A stretch of 64,000 nt of DNA from Salpingoeca rosetta (taxonomy: Eukaryota > Protista > Choanoflagellata). A program made the translations under genes and the position numbers. A model generated the notes under the pieces. That model was given only the letters and a program-made list of their open reading frames with translations, was not told the origin of the DNA and did not search any database. Location of the stretch: positions 1,077,441 to 1,141,440 of the forward strand of contig JAWQFM010000018.1 of assembly GCA_033442325.1 (NCBI GenBank), in the 5' to 3' direction. Shown here piece after piece: positions 48,812-64,000 of the stretch (positions are counted from its first letter, which is position 1; every line of letters starts with the position of its first letter).

Positions 48812-49108
48812 GCACACGCTTGTGCAGAAAACTGCGGCGGGAAGAGCGGCGAGCGAAGAAGAGGAAGCACAAGGAGCGGAAGCACCGACGCAGCACAAGC
48901 GATGGCGACGATGCTGAACTTCACCATTTCCATCCTGAGCGCCGTCCTGATCGCCATCCTGCCCGTCATCACCAGCGCCACACCAACAACAACAGCAACA
49001 ACAACAACCATCACGACCAACGCGGCAGTATAGGAGTGTCGCCTCGCCTGGGAGCACCAGCATCGCCATCGCTGCCACCACCGTCATTGTCACTGTCACC
49101 GACTCCAA

Positions 49109-49141
<33 letters not shown>

Positions 49142-49260
49142 AGGGCGAAGAAGAGGAGAGGATGGAACGGAAATTTGCGGCGGCAGTGAAGAGGAAGAAG
49201 AAGAAGAAGAAGAAAAAGGAGAGAAAACGCCACCGGAAACACAAGCGACGATCGCACTGA
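45912..49260 (+). CDS. CIR1: CIR1 (CBF1/RBPJ-interacting corepressor family; Cir_N domain plus zinc knuckle, splicing-associated)
   Basis: MGDGFMNRK|[19 protein letters not shown] (Cir_N), [67 protein letters not shown], Lys/Arg-rich tail. Confidence 0.88.
48410..48606. repeat. (TTG)n with periodic TTTAAG interruptions in a CIR1 intron
   Basis: Read directly from the sequence. Confidence 0.92.
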
Positions 49261-49839
49261 TGCGCATCCACTCTTAATGGCTCCAATGCTCTCATAATCA
49301 ATGTGTGTGCTTGTGTTTATGCGAAAAGCGCAAGTTTTCGCGTCATCACATCACCAGACTGTATTGCGAATGGCGGGCTGGCCCGTCACAACCTCCGTCC
49401 AATGTCGTGCTGTGCACGATGCTGTAGTGTCCCACACCGCCTCCCACCCTAACCATAGATCGCTCCTACTACCATGCCTACCCCCACCCAACCCCACTCA
49501 TCTTCGATGCTCTTATTTCGCACAGTTGTTACTGCTGCTGCTGCTGCTGCTGTTGTTGTTGTTGTCGTGTCTTCTTTGCATGTATGCTGGTCCATCAGCA
49601 ACAACAATAACGGCAACCAAAACAAAGCCACACTCATCCAAAACGGAAAGGACTACAACAACAACAACAACAACAACGACGTTTCTCGCTCGCGAAACAA
49701 CACACTGCAAACACCAAGTTGGACAATAACACACGTTCATACACAACACGGAAGTCATGACACACGTACACAAGAGGTCAACGTGCACGCGTGCATGTGG
49801 ATGAGATGGATGGCTTGCGGGGTGTTTGCTGGTGTGGGT

Positions 49840-50484
49840 TCAGGGCCGGTGGTGGAGGAAGACAAAGCTGAAGAGGAAGAGAGCGGCCATCATGCTGAAG
49901 GCGTTGGCGTAGTACGGATACGCTGTCGAGATGAACCGCTCGTATTGGGTGTGGCGCAGCGGGCGAACAGACACCTGCAGACAGCGTAGGCACCGTAGAC
50001 ATGCGCACGGTTGAGTGGGTGGTTGAGTGGGTGGTGGTGTTTGATTGAAAGGGTGTTTGGAAGAATAAGAGCTCTGCAGGCCACGAGTAAAACCAACACA
50101 CGGGAAACGGTTGCAGCAACCGCCACTGCCAAGGCACACACACACACGCACGCACGCACGCACGCACCACCATCACCACCATTGTGACGGGGCCGCACCT
50201 GCTGGGTGTTGTAGATGTGGGTGTATCCGAGGCGGTTGTAGTCGACGCGGAACTGGAAGACGCCGTACACGTCGGGAAGCGTGAACGTCACCTGCTGCAC
50301 GCCATCAACGTTCTGCGCGCACCAGGCACAGAGGGCAAGTTGGCGCGGGGAGGGGAGCGGCACAGAGTGTGCACGGGTGACACGGTGTCAATAGACATCA
50401 ATGAGGCTCTACAGACAGGCACACAAATCAGTCAGTCAGACAGGCAGACACACACACACATCCGTTCAGCAACCCTTTCCCTCC

Positions 50485-50533
<49 letters not shown>

Positions 50534-51657
50534 GCCGCCACCACCACACGCCAGGGCTTCACCTTGAGTGGGGTGCGGACAAACGGGTCGATGCGCACAA
50601 ACTCCAGCTGGACGTCGTTGCCCGTGTACGGAACCCACTCGCCGTTCACCTTCTCCTCAATCGGCAGAAAGTACTCCTGTGGTGGTGGTGGTGGTGGTGG
50701 TGGTGGTGGTGGTGGTGGAGGTGGTGGTGGCCGTGGCCGGGTATGAGATTAGAGCAATGGCAGTGATGCGAAGAAACAGACCAGGTTTTGTTGCAAGCGC
50801 ACAGCAAGTGTGCACATGGCCAGTAGAGGTGTGCGCGCGGCACACGCTGTACACATGCCCGCCATGTTGCCACGCACCACTTCGTCTGTGATGGTGTACT
50901 CGTGGGAGGACTCGTTGTTGCCGACGAGGCGGTGCAGGGCCGGGCGCGTGCGCAGCTGCCCGCGCTCCTGGAAGCACCACAGCGCAAGCGCCTCAACAAA
51001 CTACACACGCACACAGCACACGCACACACACATACGCACACACACACAGCACACGCAGGGCGCGAGAGAAGGGGGGGGGGGTTCGTGATGGTATGTGAGT
51101 GTGTGTGAGTACACAAGGTTGTGAGGGGAAGGGTGAAAGCATTCACAAAGCATCATTGTGTTAAATCCACATCATCGTGAACTTGATATCATGATAACAA
51201 ACACACACACACACACCTACACACACCTACACACATGCATACATACATACATACATACATACATACATACATACATACATACATACATACATACATACAT
51301 ACATACATACATACATACATACATACATACACACACGCATGCGCACCTGCTCGTTTGCGGCGTTGTCATGGAAGATGAGCTCGTTGCTGAACATGTCGAT
51401 GGAGCCCGTGAGGACAACGCGGGCGTTGTTGCGGGCCTGCATGGCGCCTGCGAGCACCACGTCGCCGCCGAGCGCCAACGGTTCATCTGCAGAGCGGCCG
51501 GCAGCAGCGGCACCCGTGTACGCCGTCGACGACGCGCGCAGCACAGACACGGCCAGCGGGTTGGCATCGTCGGCAATCATGCTGCACCGTACACATACAC
51601 GTGTGTACATATATGTGTGTGTTTGTACGAGTGTGTGTGCGTGTGCGTGTGTGTATG

Positions 51658-51698
<41 letters not shown>

Positions 51699-52190
51699 TG
51701 TGGTGAGGGTTGGTGAGGCTTCAGGCGAGCGAGCGAAACGCAGGCAAGACGTGGAGCGCACACATGTCTCTTGACAAACAACAACAATCAGAACAACTCA
51801 CAAATGCAAACACGCACCAATCACACACACACACACACACACAACACGCACTACACGCACAGCATACGCCGCAAATCACATGCGGGTGCAACCCACCCGA
51901 CGCCGCGGAAGAGGACGGGCTTCTTGAGGGCGCCGCCAGTCATGACCTCGACGTCGACGACGTTGGTGCTCGCCACGAGCGTGTGGTCGTCATCTGCATG
52001 GCTCACGTGGTCAATGACGGCATTGCCGGCCTCGTCAAACTCAAAGCCAACCTCGCTGGCAAAGTCGCGGAGTGGGGCGCCAATGTCCTCGGAGCCCGCG
52101 ACGAGCACGTTGCCGCCATTGTCAACAAAGTCCACCATCTCCTCGGCAGAGACAGAACCACCAAACTCTACGCAGCGGTAAACAAGTTCA

Positions 52191-52268
<78 letters not shown>

Positions 52269-53020
52269 TGGGAGGTCGGGAACGCGAGTGGGAGAGTGGA
52301 GCGAGAGTGGAGCGAGAGGGAGACAGACATGTATGCATGATCAGGATCCCCGACACGACTGAGGCACAACCGCGAATGCACAACACAGAACAAGCACGGG
52401 AATGCGTGCAATGAAACACAACAAAAACACACAACAGTGGGGGCGATCGCTCGCTGGCTCACTCTCTTCCACACGACATGACAACTTACGTTCCACAGAG
52501 GGTGAAAAGACAATCACGTTGTCAAAGAGACGCTCCCCATAACGGTGCAGGTTCAGGCTGGCGGAATCGGCTTGCACATACTTCAAGGACAACCCAGCAT
52601 CTGCACGGACGAAAACGAAAAGACAATGTTTGCATGTGGTTGCGTGGGTAGGTGTGGGTGTGGGTGTAGGTGTGTGTGTGTGTGTGAAGGTGGCAGTATA
52701 CTGCATGCTATTGCGTGCTGCTGGTCGCTCTGTCGTCTGCTGTTGCGGTCGCCGCGGTGATCCACCAACCAACCAACCAGCCAATCGAACAACAACCAGC
52801 CAATCGAACAACAACCAACAACCAACAAAACCAAACACCAAACCCGAGACTGCGTAACTCTTCGCGCGCGCGCACCTGAGAGCCGAGAGAAGAAGTGGGA
52901 GTGTGTTTCCCGCGTGCTTGCAGAGTCCAACAGGACGAGCGTGCGCTGCGCAGAGGCCGAGAAGGCCATGCAGCCCAGCAGCAGCACTGACAACACCACA
53001 GCAACCCTCATCATCGTCAT
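49840..53020 (-). CDS. DDOST: Oligosaccharyltransferase subunit OST48/WBP1
   Basis: Signal peptide, RTLVLLD...[109 protein letters not shown], then a TM helix. Confidence 0.96.
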
Positions 53021-53214
53021 CGCTGTCGCTCCTTTTCGTCTGTATCGGCGCTGGTTCAGTGGTCAAAGGAAAAGTGTTTAAAGCTGTACATAATTTTCAG
53101 CGCGAGGCACCAACAAGCGAGCGAGCGAGCAAGAACGACGCAGAAGGCACAAGACACCGCAGGCAGCAGGCAGCAGGCAGCAGGCAGCACACATTCGGCG
53201 ACAGAGAGGAGGAG
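53021..53214. promoter_or_regulatory. Probable bidirectional promoter between DDOST and MRPS16
   Basis: Divergent start codons about 195 bp apart with a short AT-rich core (aaagtgtttaaagctgtacataattttcag) and no CA/GT microsatellite. Confidence 0.6.
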
Positions 53215-53986
53215 ATGGTGGTTGCGATGAGGTTGCAGCGGTTTGGGAGCAGGCACTCTCCCTTCTACCGCATTGTGGTGGCCAACAGACGCGCCCCGCG
53301 CGATGGCAAATTCATCGAGCGGGTGTGTGCATGTGTGTGTGTGCATGTGTGTGTGTGCATGTGTGTGTGTGCATGTGTGTGTGTGTGTGTATGTGTGTGT
53401 GCATGTGTGTGTGCATGTGTGTGTGCATGTGTGTGTACGTTACGTGTGCGGTATCCCGCTTGGATTTTCACGTTTTCCCGCTAGCCTTCTTGCTCATTTC
53501 CATCAAGGTCGGCTCACACATGAATGTGTGAATGTGTATGTGTACGTGCGTGTGTATGTGGGTGTTCATCCTGGTGCTGTTTGTGTTTTCCACGCGCTTT
53601 ACAGGTTGGAACATACAACCCTTTCCCGCGCAATGACATGACGAAAGTGTGCTCCATGAACTTTGACCGCATCAAGTAAGCCAACCTGTGCGCGCGTGTG
53701 TGTGTGTGTCTGTGTGTGTCTGTGTGTCTGTGTGTGTGTGTGTGCACGTGTCCTGGTCGTTCATTCATCCATGTGCATGTGGTTGTGTTGGGTGTGTGAT
53801 TCTGTTGCGGTCCATTTGCATGCGCAGCTCTTGTTTTCTGTTGTACGCGATGTCCACACAGCACAATCAACCATGTTGCTGATCTATTCGCGTTCGTTGT
53901 GTTGCTTTGTCCGTACAGATATTGGCTCTCTGTTGGCGCGCAACCGTCGGATCGCGTGTCGTACCTTCTTGGCTTGGTGCGTATCC

Positions 53987-54026
<40 letters not shown>

Positions 54027-54339
54027 ATGTGTCTGTCTGTGTCTGTGTCTGTATGTGTCTGTGTGCGGGTGTGTGTCTGTATGTATATGTTGTGTGTATT
54101 GTTGGAGAGAACGTGAAATTGGTGCTTATGAACAATAGAACGTGGTTTCTCCAGCCCACAACATCGTGTGGCCCTGCTCTTGGTACTACTTACCCGCTGT
54201 GGGCATACTCATCCTCTCAAACATACACGCACACACACACACACATGCACAGGCCGGTATTCTGCCACCACATCCTAACCGACACTTGCTGAAGGGAACG
54301 CCGCCAGCGAGCAGTGAAGAAACGCAATCAGAGGAGTAG
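53215..54339 (+). CDS. MRPS16: Mitochondrial ribosomal protein S16 (bS16m), 4 exons
   Basis: [36 protein letters not shown]|VGTYNPFP...NFDRIK|[19 protein letters not shown]|AGILPPHP...*. Confidence 0.94.
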
Positions 54340-54350
54340 ACTTCGCAGTG

Positions 54351-54388
<38 letters not shown>

Positions 54389-54484
54389 CTGTCTGTCTGT
54401 CTGTCTGTCTGTCTGTCTGCTAATGTGTGTGTGTGTGTGTGTGCGTGCGCGCGCGCGCGTGTGTGTCTGTCTGTCTGTCTGTTA

Positions 54485-54568
<84 letters not shown>

Positions 54569-54856
54569 GTGTGTGTGCGTGTGTGTGTGTGCGTGTGTGT
54601 GTGTGCGTGTGTGTGTGTGCCTGCGTCTGGGGCGGCGATGGCCTGCCTGAGTCGATGTTGGGTTGTGTGCATAGTGATGATTGGCCATGTAGGAATGCGT
54701 TTCTAATCAGCAAGCAAGGAGGAGGCGGAGGGGTACGTTGGGTTTGTTGGTGCACCATGGTGTGGCTTGGGTGCAGCGACCGGGCCGGAGTAAACGCGTC
54801 CATGAGACAAGATGAAGAAGCAGAACGAAGAAGCAGGGATGAAGTGGCATGGACAC

Positions 54857-54913
<57 letters not shown>

Positions 54914-55014
54914 ACACACACACACACTCACACATTCTTCACAAACCCAAACAAACAAAACCAACAACACGGCAATCCACTGCCAAAGAAGGAAGGAAGA
55001 CAACAAGAAGCAAG

Positions 55015-56186
55015 ATGGCTGACGACACGCTGGAGCAAGTGCAGCTTGTCCTGCGACAGGTGAGCAAGCGAGCGAGCATGCGTACATGTACACCTCTGCG
55101 TTGTTCGTTTGATGATGGAGGAGGAGGAGGAGGAGGCGATGATGCGTGTTGGCTCACACGGTATTGTGTTGCTGTGATCATTTATCTGCCTTGGTGCATG
55201 CATTTGTGTGTGTATGTGTGTCTGTGTCTGTGTCTGTGTGTTTGTGTCTGTGTGTGTCTGTGTCTGTGTGTCTGTGTCTGTGTCTGTGTGTCTGTGTGTG
55301 TCTGTGTGTCTGTGTGTCTGTGTGTGCGTGTGTGTGGCAGTGCTTTGTGTATCGGCTGCCGCCTCGACCTTCAACCAAGGGCTACAGGGCAGCAGACTGG
55401 GGGCTCGACAAGCCCATGTGGACTGGCCGCGTCAAGGTGTGTGTGTATGTGTGTGCGTTTGTCAGCGTTGTTTGTGGCTTTGTTTGTGACCTTGTTTGTC
55501 CCTTGTCCTGGTGTCAATCTGTCTGCCTGTGTCTGTGTCTCTTTGTGGTGTGTGCACACATGGTTGTCTCTCTTCTCCAAGGTATGACGGATAACCAATG
55601 ATGACACTTAGGTTACCACAAAGGGAAAGCTGTGCACAATCACCCTCCAAGACAATGCCACGGGCAAGCTCTTTGCAGAGGTCAGTGAGCGCTCCCTCGT
55701 CGCACACCCACAAACACGCCCACAACAGTACACGCACTTGCACACGTGAGCACTTGCACCAGGCTCCTCTCCAGTGTGTACTTGACTCACCTGTGTCTGT
55801 TCTGATCATGGCATGCGCACAGGCGCCCATTCGCGGCGACGAGGTGGCCAAGGTTGTGGAGCCTGTCGTCGATAGCAGCAGGTCTGTCTGTCTGTCTGTC
55901 TGTCTGTCTGAGTGAGTGTGGATGTCTGTGAACGATGTGGTGGTCTCCATCATTTCACCCCATTCCCACACCCACGTACCGCAGATACTTTGTGGTGCGC
56001 GTTGAGAACCAGGGCCGCCACGCGTTCCTCGGTATGGGCTTTCAGGAGCGCTCGGAGGCATTCGACTTCAACGTTGCCCTGCAGGACTTTGTCAAGTGCG
56101 TCCCGCCGTCTGGTTGTTCTTATTGCTTTGTGTGTATCTGTGTGTGTGTGTGTGTCTGTGTGTCTGTCTGTCTGTGTGTGTGTGTG

Positions 56187-56223
<37 letters not shown>

Positions 56224-56453
56224 GACTGTCTGTGTCTGTCTCTCTCTCTCTCTCTGTCTATCTGTCAGTCTGTATGCGCCCACAACCCTTTCACGCACAC
56301 ACACGCACACACATGTGATGCACGCCATTGCACCTCCTGCTGTTGCCCTGTAGGTCGCTGCGAAAGGAGAAGGAGAGCACTGAGCCGTATGTCTCCAAAA
56401 ACGACTTTTCGCTCAAGGATGGCCAGACCATGAAGATTGCAATCAAGGTGTGG

Positions 56454-56551
<98 letters not shown>

Positions 56552-56854
56552 CGCTTTGTTGCAAGTCGCTGTTGTTTCATTGCACATGTACACAAGGCCC
56601 TCCCTCCTCCTCCTCAACGCCCCACGATGACGTGTGTACAGACGAAGAAGAACAAGGATGCCGAGGAGGACGACGATGACACACACGCAACAGCAACAGC
56701 GGCGAAGAAAGCGGCGCCCATGGGTTTGTTTTGTTGCCAGCCCTCCCGATGGTCCTTGTGTCCATATATGCTGCTGCTGCTGCCCGTGACGCTGTCCCTC
56801 TCCCTCTCTGTGCGGTGCAACGTTTGACACACTTGTCGTTTCTTTGTCCACCCA

Positions 56855-56894
<40 letters not shown>

Positions 56895-57378
56895 CGCGAA
56901 CTCACTCACACACGATGCACGCGCGTACGGCTGCAGTGTCGCTCGGTTCGATTGCAACGGCGTTGGAAGGAACAACGGCGCACGCAGCGCCATCGCCCTT
57001 TGCCGCTGCACCGCCCACCACATCATCGTCATCCCCAGCTCCATCATCATCATCGTCATCAACAACATCGCAGTCCAAGAATCCCTTCGCTGCCACCACT
57101 ACCGCTGCCACGACAGAGAGCGAGGACCCATGGGGCGCATTCCAGTCGTCGTCGTCGTCGTCCACAGGGTGAGCTGCGGCATTGGCGTGCTGCTGTGTAT
57201 GTGCGGCGGTGTCTTGTGTGGTGTCTTGTGTTGCACGCTTGCACTGCATGTGTGCCGCTGTTGTCGCCTCATGATGTCATTGCTCACCGCCATCACTGCT
57301 ACTGCCACGGCTGCCCATCGCCAACGCCGCGTTGACTTCCATTCCAGGAAATCCTCCGATGACTGGGTCGCCTTTTAA
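55015..57378 (+). CDS. NECAP: NECAP (adaptin ear-binding coat-associated protein; PHear domain)
   Basis: [20 protein letters not shown]...[69 protein letters not shown]-terminal DDWVAF*. Confidence 0.95.
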
Positions 57379-57586
57379 CACACACACACACATGTGCGCT
57401 GCTGTGCCGTTACACTCTCGCAAGCCACAGCTCTTGATCCTTGGTTTCGTGTATGGTTGAAATGAACAAAACAACAGCACATCGCCCACCTCAACATCCA
57501 CAAACAACAAAGCAGCAATTACGAAGACCGTGTGTGTATGTGTGTTGTGTGTGTGTTGTGTGTGTGTGTTGTGTGCATGCGTGCGG

Positions 57587-58073
57587 TTATGAGAATGAGC
57601 TGAAGCCCATTGCCGCCGCCAGCGCGGGGTCAATGCCCTCTGCAAGCGGACAACAGCAGTCAAGCAACACGCAACGGTGAGGGCATGACAAAGACATGCA
57701 TGCGTTCCACTACGTGCGAGCGTACATACGTATCCTTCACACAACACACCACACACATGTCAAACAGCAACACACACCACAGTACACACACACCTTGCTC
57801 AACATCCTCTTCATCGTGTGTATCCTTGACCCTACTCCTGCTGCTGCTGCTGCTGCTGCTGGTGGTGGTGGTGGTGCTGGTGTGTTCCTTGAGGCGTTCC
57901 TGCACGCGTTTCCGCCGCTCTTCCAACTCCCGGTCGCGCTGCTCCTTCTTCTTGCGTTTCGCCTCCTCCCGCTTCGCCTTCTTGCGCTTGTCGTCCTCCT
58001 CCACCATGCGCGCCTCCTCCGCGTCCAGGCTGTACTCCACCGTCGCGCCCCGCTTCGCGCGCTCCTGTCCACG

Positions 58074-58116
<43 letters not shown>

Positions 58117-58196
58117 GTGTGCGTGCGAGTGTGTGTGTGTGCGTGTGTGTGCGTGCGAGTGTGTGTGTGTGCGTGTGTGTGCGTGTGTGTGCGTGC

Positions 58197-58232
<36 letters not shown>

Positions 58233-58472
58233 ACGTATGGGGCTGTGAGAGGGCATCTTCGCGCATGGAAAGGCGTGAAAGAGCAGTGTGTTGTCTCGCA
58301 GGTTGGCAACAAACACACACACACACACAGTCGCATGTAAGGTGCGTACTTTACGTCTCTTGAGTTCCTGCAGCTTCTGCTGGACGTCGCTGACAGAGGA
58401 GCGGTCGACGCGCATGGACATGCCGAGGTTCCGTTGGTCTGCGCACATGAGGAGGGGCAGTACACACAGAGA

Positions 58473-58513
<41 letters not shown>

Positions 58514-59484
58514 GAAGAGACAGAGACAGACAGACAGACAGACACACACACACAGACAGACAGACACACACACACAGAGAAGCACGTGTGAGCACAACTG
58601 GAGCCAAAATGTGGGCGTGTAACGTGCTCCAGCGATGACACGCGCGCAAAGCCAGAGAGACTATGCTTAACCCGCCCCCAAACACTACCATAACACACAT
58701 GCCACGCCCGTGCACGCGTGCATGCGTGCATGAAACTGAGGTACACGAGCGAGTGACGCACGTTTCTTTCCGTTGATGTGGTCAAGGAAGCTGACGGAAT
58801 CCTTGAGGACGCAGTCGCAAACATCGCAGTAGTATCCACTGTTGACCGAGCGCTGGCTGTCGATGATACGGGTTTTGCCCACGCGAGACTCCAAATCAAC
58901 CTGCAAAAGCAGAAAGAGGAAGCAACACGCAAATCAGTGTCCACTGTGAGCCGACGCCACTCTGCTCGTCGCTCTGTCTCTAACTCTGTCAAGCGATGCA
59001 GAAACGCACATTTAAAAGAGAAGATACGGAAAGCTGACCGCGCATGTCACACGGACATATACGCATACACGTACACGCGCATACACACACGCACACACCT
59101 TGAAGTCGCGAGCCTTCAAGTTTGGTCGCTGTACGGGTTTTGGTTTGCCTGCGCAACCAACAGCGCGTGCGAGTACGCGAGATGAGAGGATGAGCAACGA
59201 GAGCATCAGGCTAATACAAGTAGCAGCGCATACACGCAAGCGATGACAACACCTCCACTCACCCCTTCCTTTTCACCACATCACCATGTACCATCCTCGT
59301 CATCATCATCATCATCATCAACAGCATCGGCAGCAATGCCGGTCACAAACTGACGTTTGATGCCTTTCGCCTCTTCTTCCTCGCGTTCCAGCCGCTCCTT
59401 TGCGCGCTTTGCATATGCCTCCACATCAAAGGTTCGGCGGTTCGTCGCATCAACGAACCCGACCGCATCATGCTGGTCGGCCAT
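57587..59484 (-). CDS. ZMAT2: Spliceosomal matrin-type zinc finger ZMAT2/Snu23
   Basis: [67 protein letters not shown]-terminal [11 protein letters not shown]. Confidence 0.95.
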
Positions 59485-59518
59485 CGTCTGCGTGTGTGTG
59501 TGTGTGTGTGTGTGTGTT

Positions 59519-59556
<38 letters not shown>

Positions 59557-59573
59557 GGTGTGTGTGTGTGTTG

Positions 59574-59605
<32 letters not shown>

Positions 59606-59811
59606 GTGTGTGTGTGTGTTGGCGTGTGTGGGTGTGTGTGTGTGGGTGTGTTGGTTGGTGTGTGTGTGGTGTGCGGTTGTTGTCGTTCGCTCTCTTCGTA
59701 AGCGACAGGTAAAAATGCAGTGATATGACTCTAACTTCCACACGTTGCGCGCACCCCACGTTGCTCATTTCACCACACATCAACAAGCACACCACCAACA
59801 GCAGCACAATC

Positions 59812-64000
<4,189 letters not shown>

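Overview
Eukaryotic, intron-dense and gene-dense DNA with a microsatellite ((CA)n/(GT)n, (GA)n, (CATA)n, (CAGA)n) in almost every intron and GC-rich, C-ending exon codons. The style and gene set suggest a holozoan protist, most likely the choanoflagellate Salpingoeca rosetta (inference, not verified). By joining GT-AG exons by hand I reconstructed 16 genes. In order: FMNL-type formin (N-terminal part, runs off the left edge), MANF/CDNF/ARMET, PP2A scaffold subunit A, VAMP7, ATAD3, RFC5, DDX3/Ded1, a SUPT7L-like histone-fold protein, a ~1417-aa secreted C-type-lectin/mucin protein, a GLUT8-like sugar porter, CIR1, OST48/DDOST, MRPS16, NECAP, ZMAT2/Snu23 and CDKAL1 (runs off the right edge). Nearly all ORFs in the supplied track are microsatellite or antisense artefacts. 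The standout is the secreted lectin: four CTLDs from a duplicated two-CTLD module, Ser/Thr spacers, and two intronless C-terminal repeats resembling bacterial Ca2+-binding jelly-roll (HpiC1/Stig-cyclase-like, CBM-like) domains, in a Rosetteless-like layout. Also notable are a ~460-bp TA-flanked foreign-looking insert in a (TG)n tract upstream of the lectin, a CDKAL1 intron that cannot be spliced in frame at its obvious GT donor, and recurrent 5'-(GU)n...(CA)n-3' pairing in introns with no polypyrimidine tract. All family assignments are from motif recognition by memory; no searches were run.
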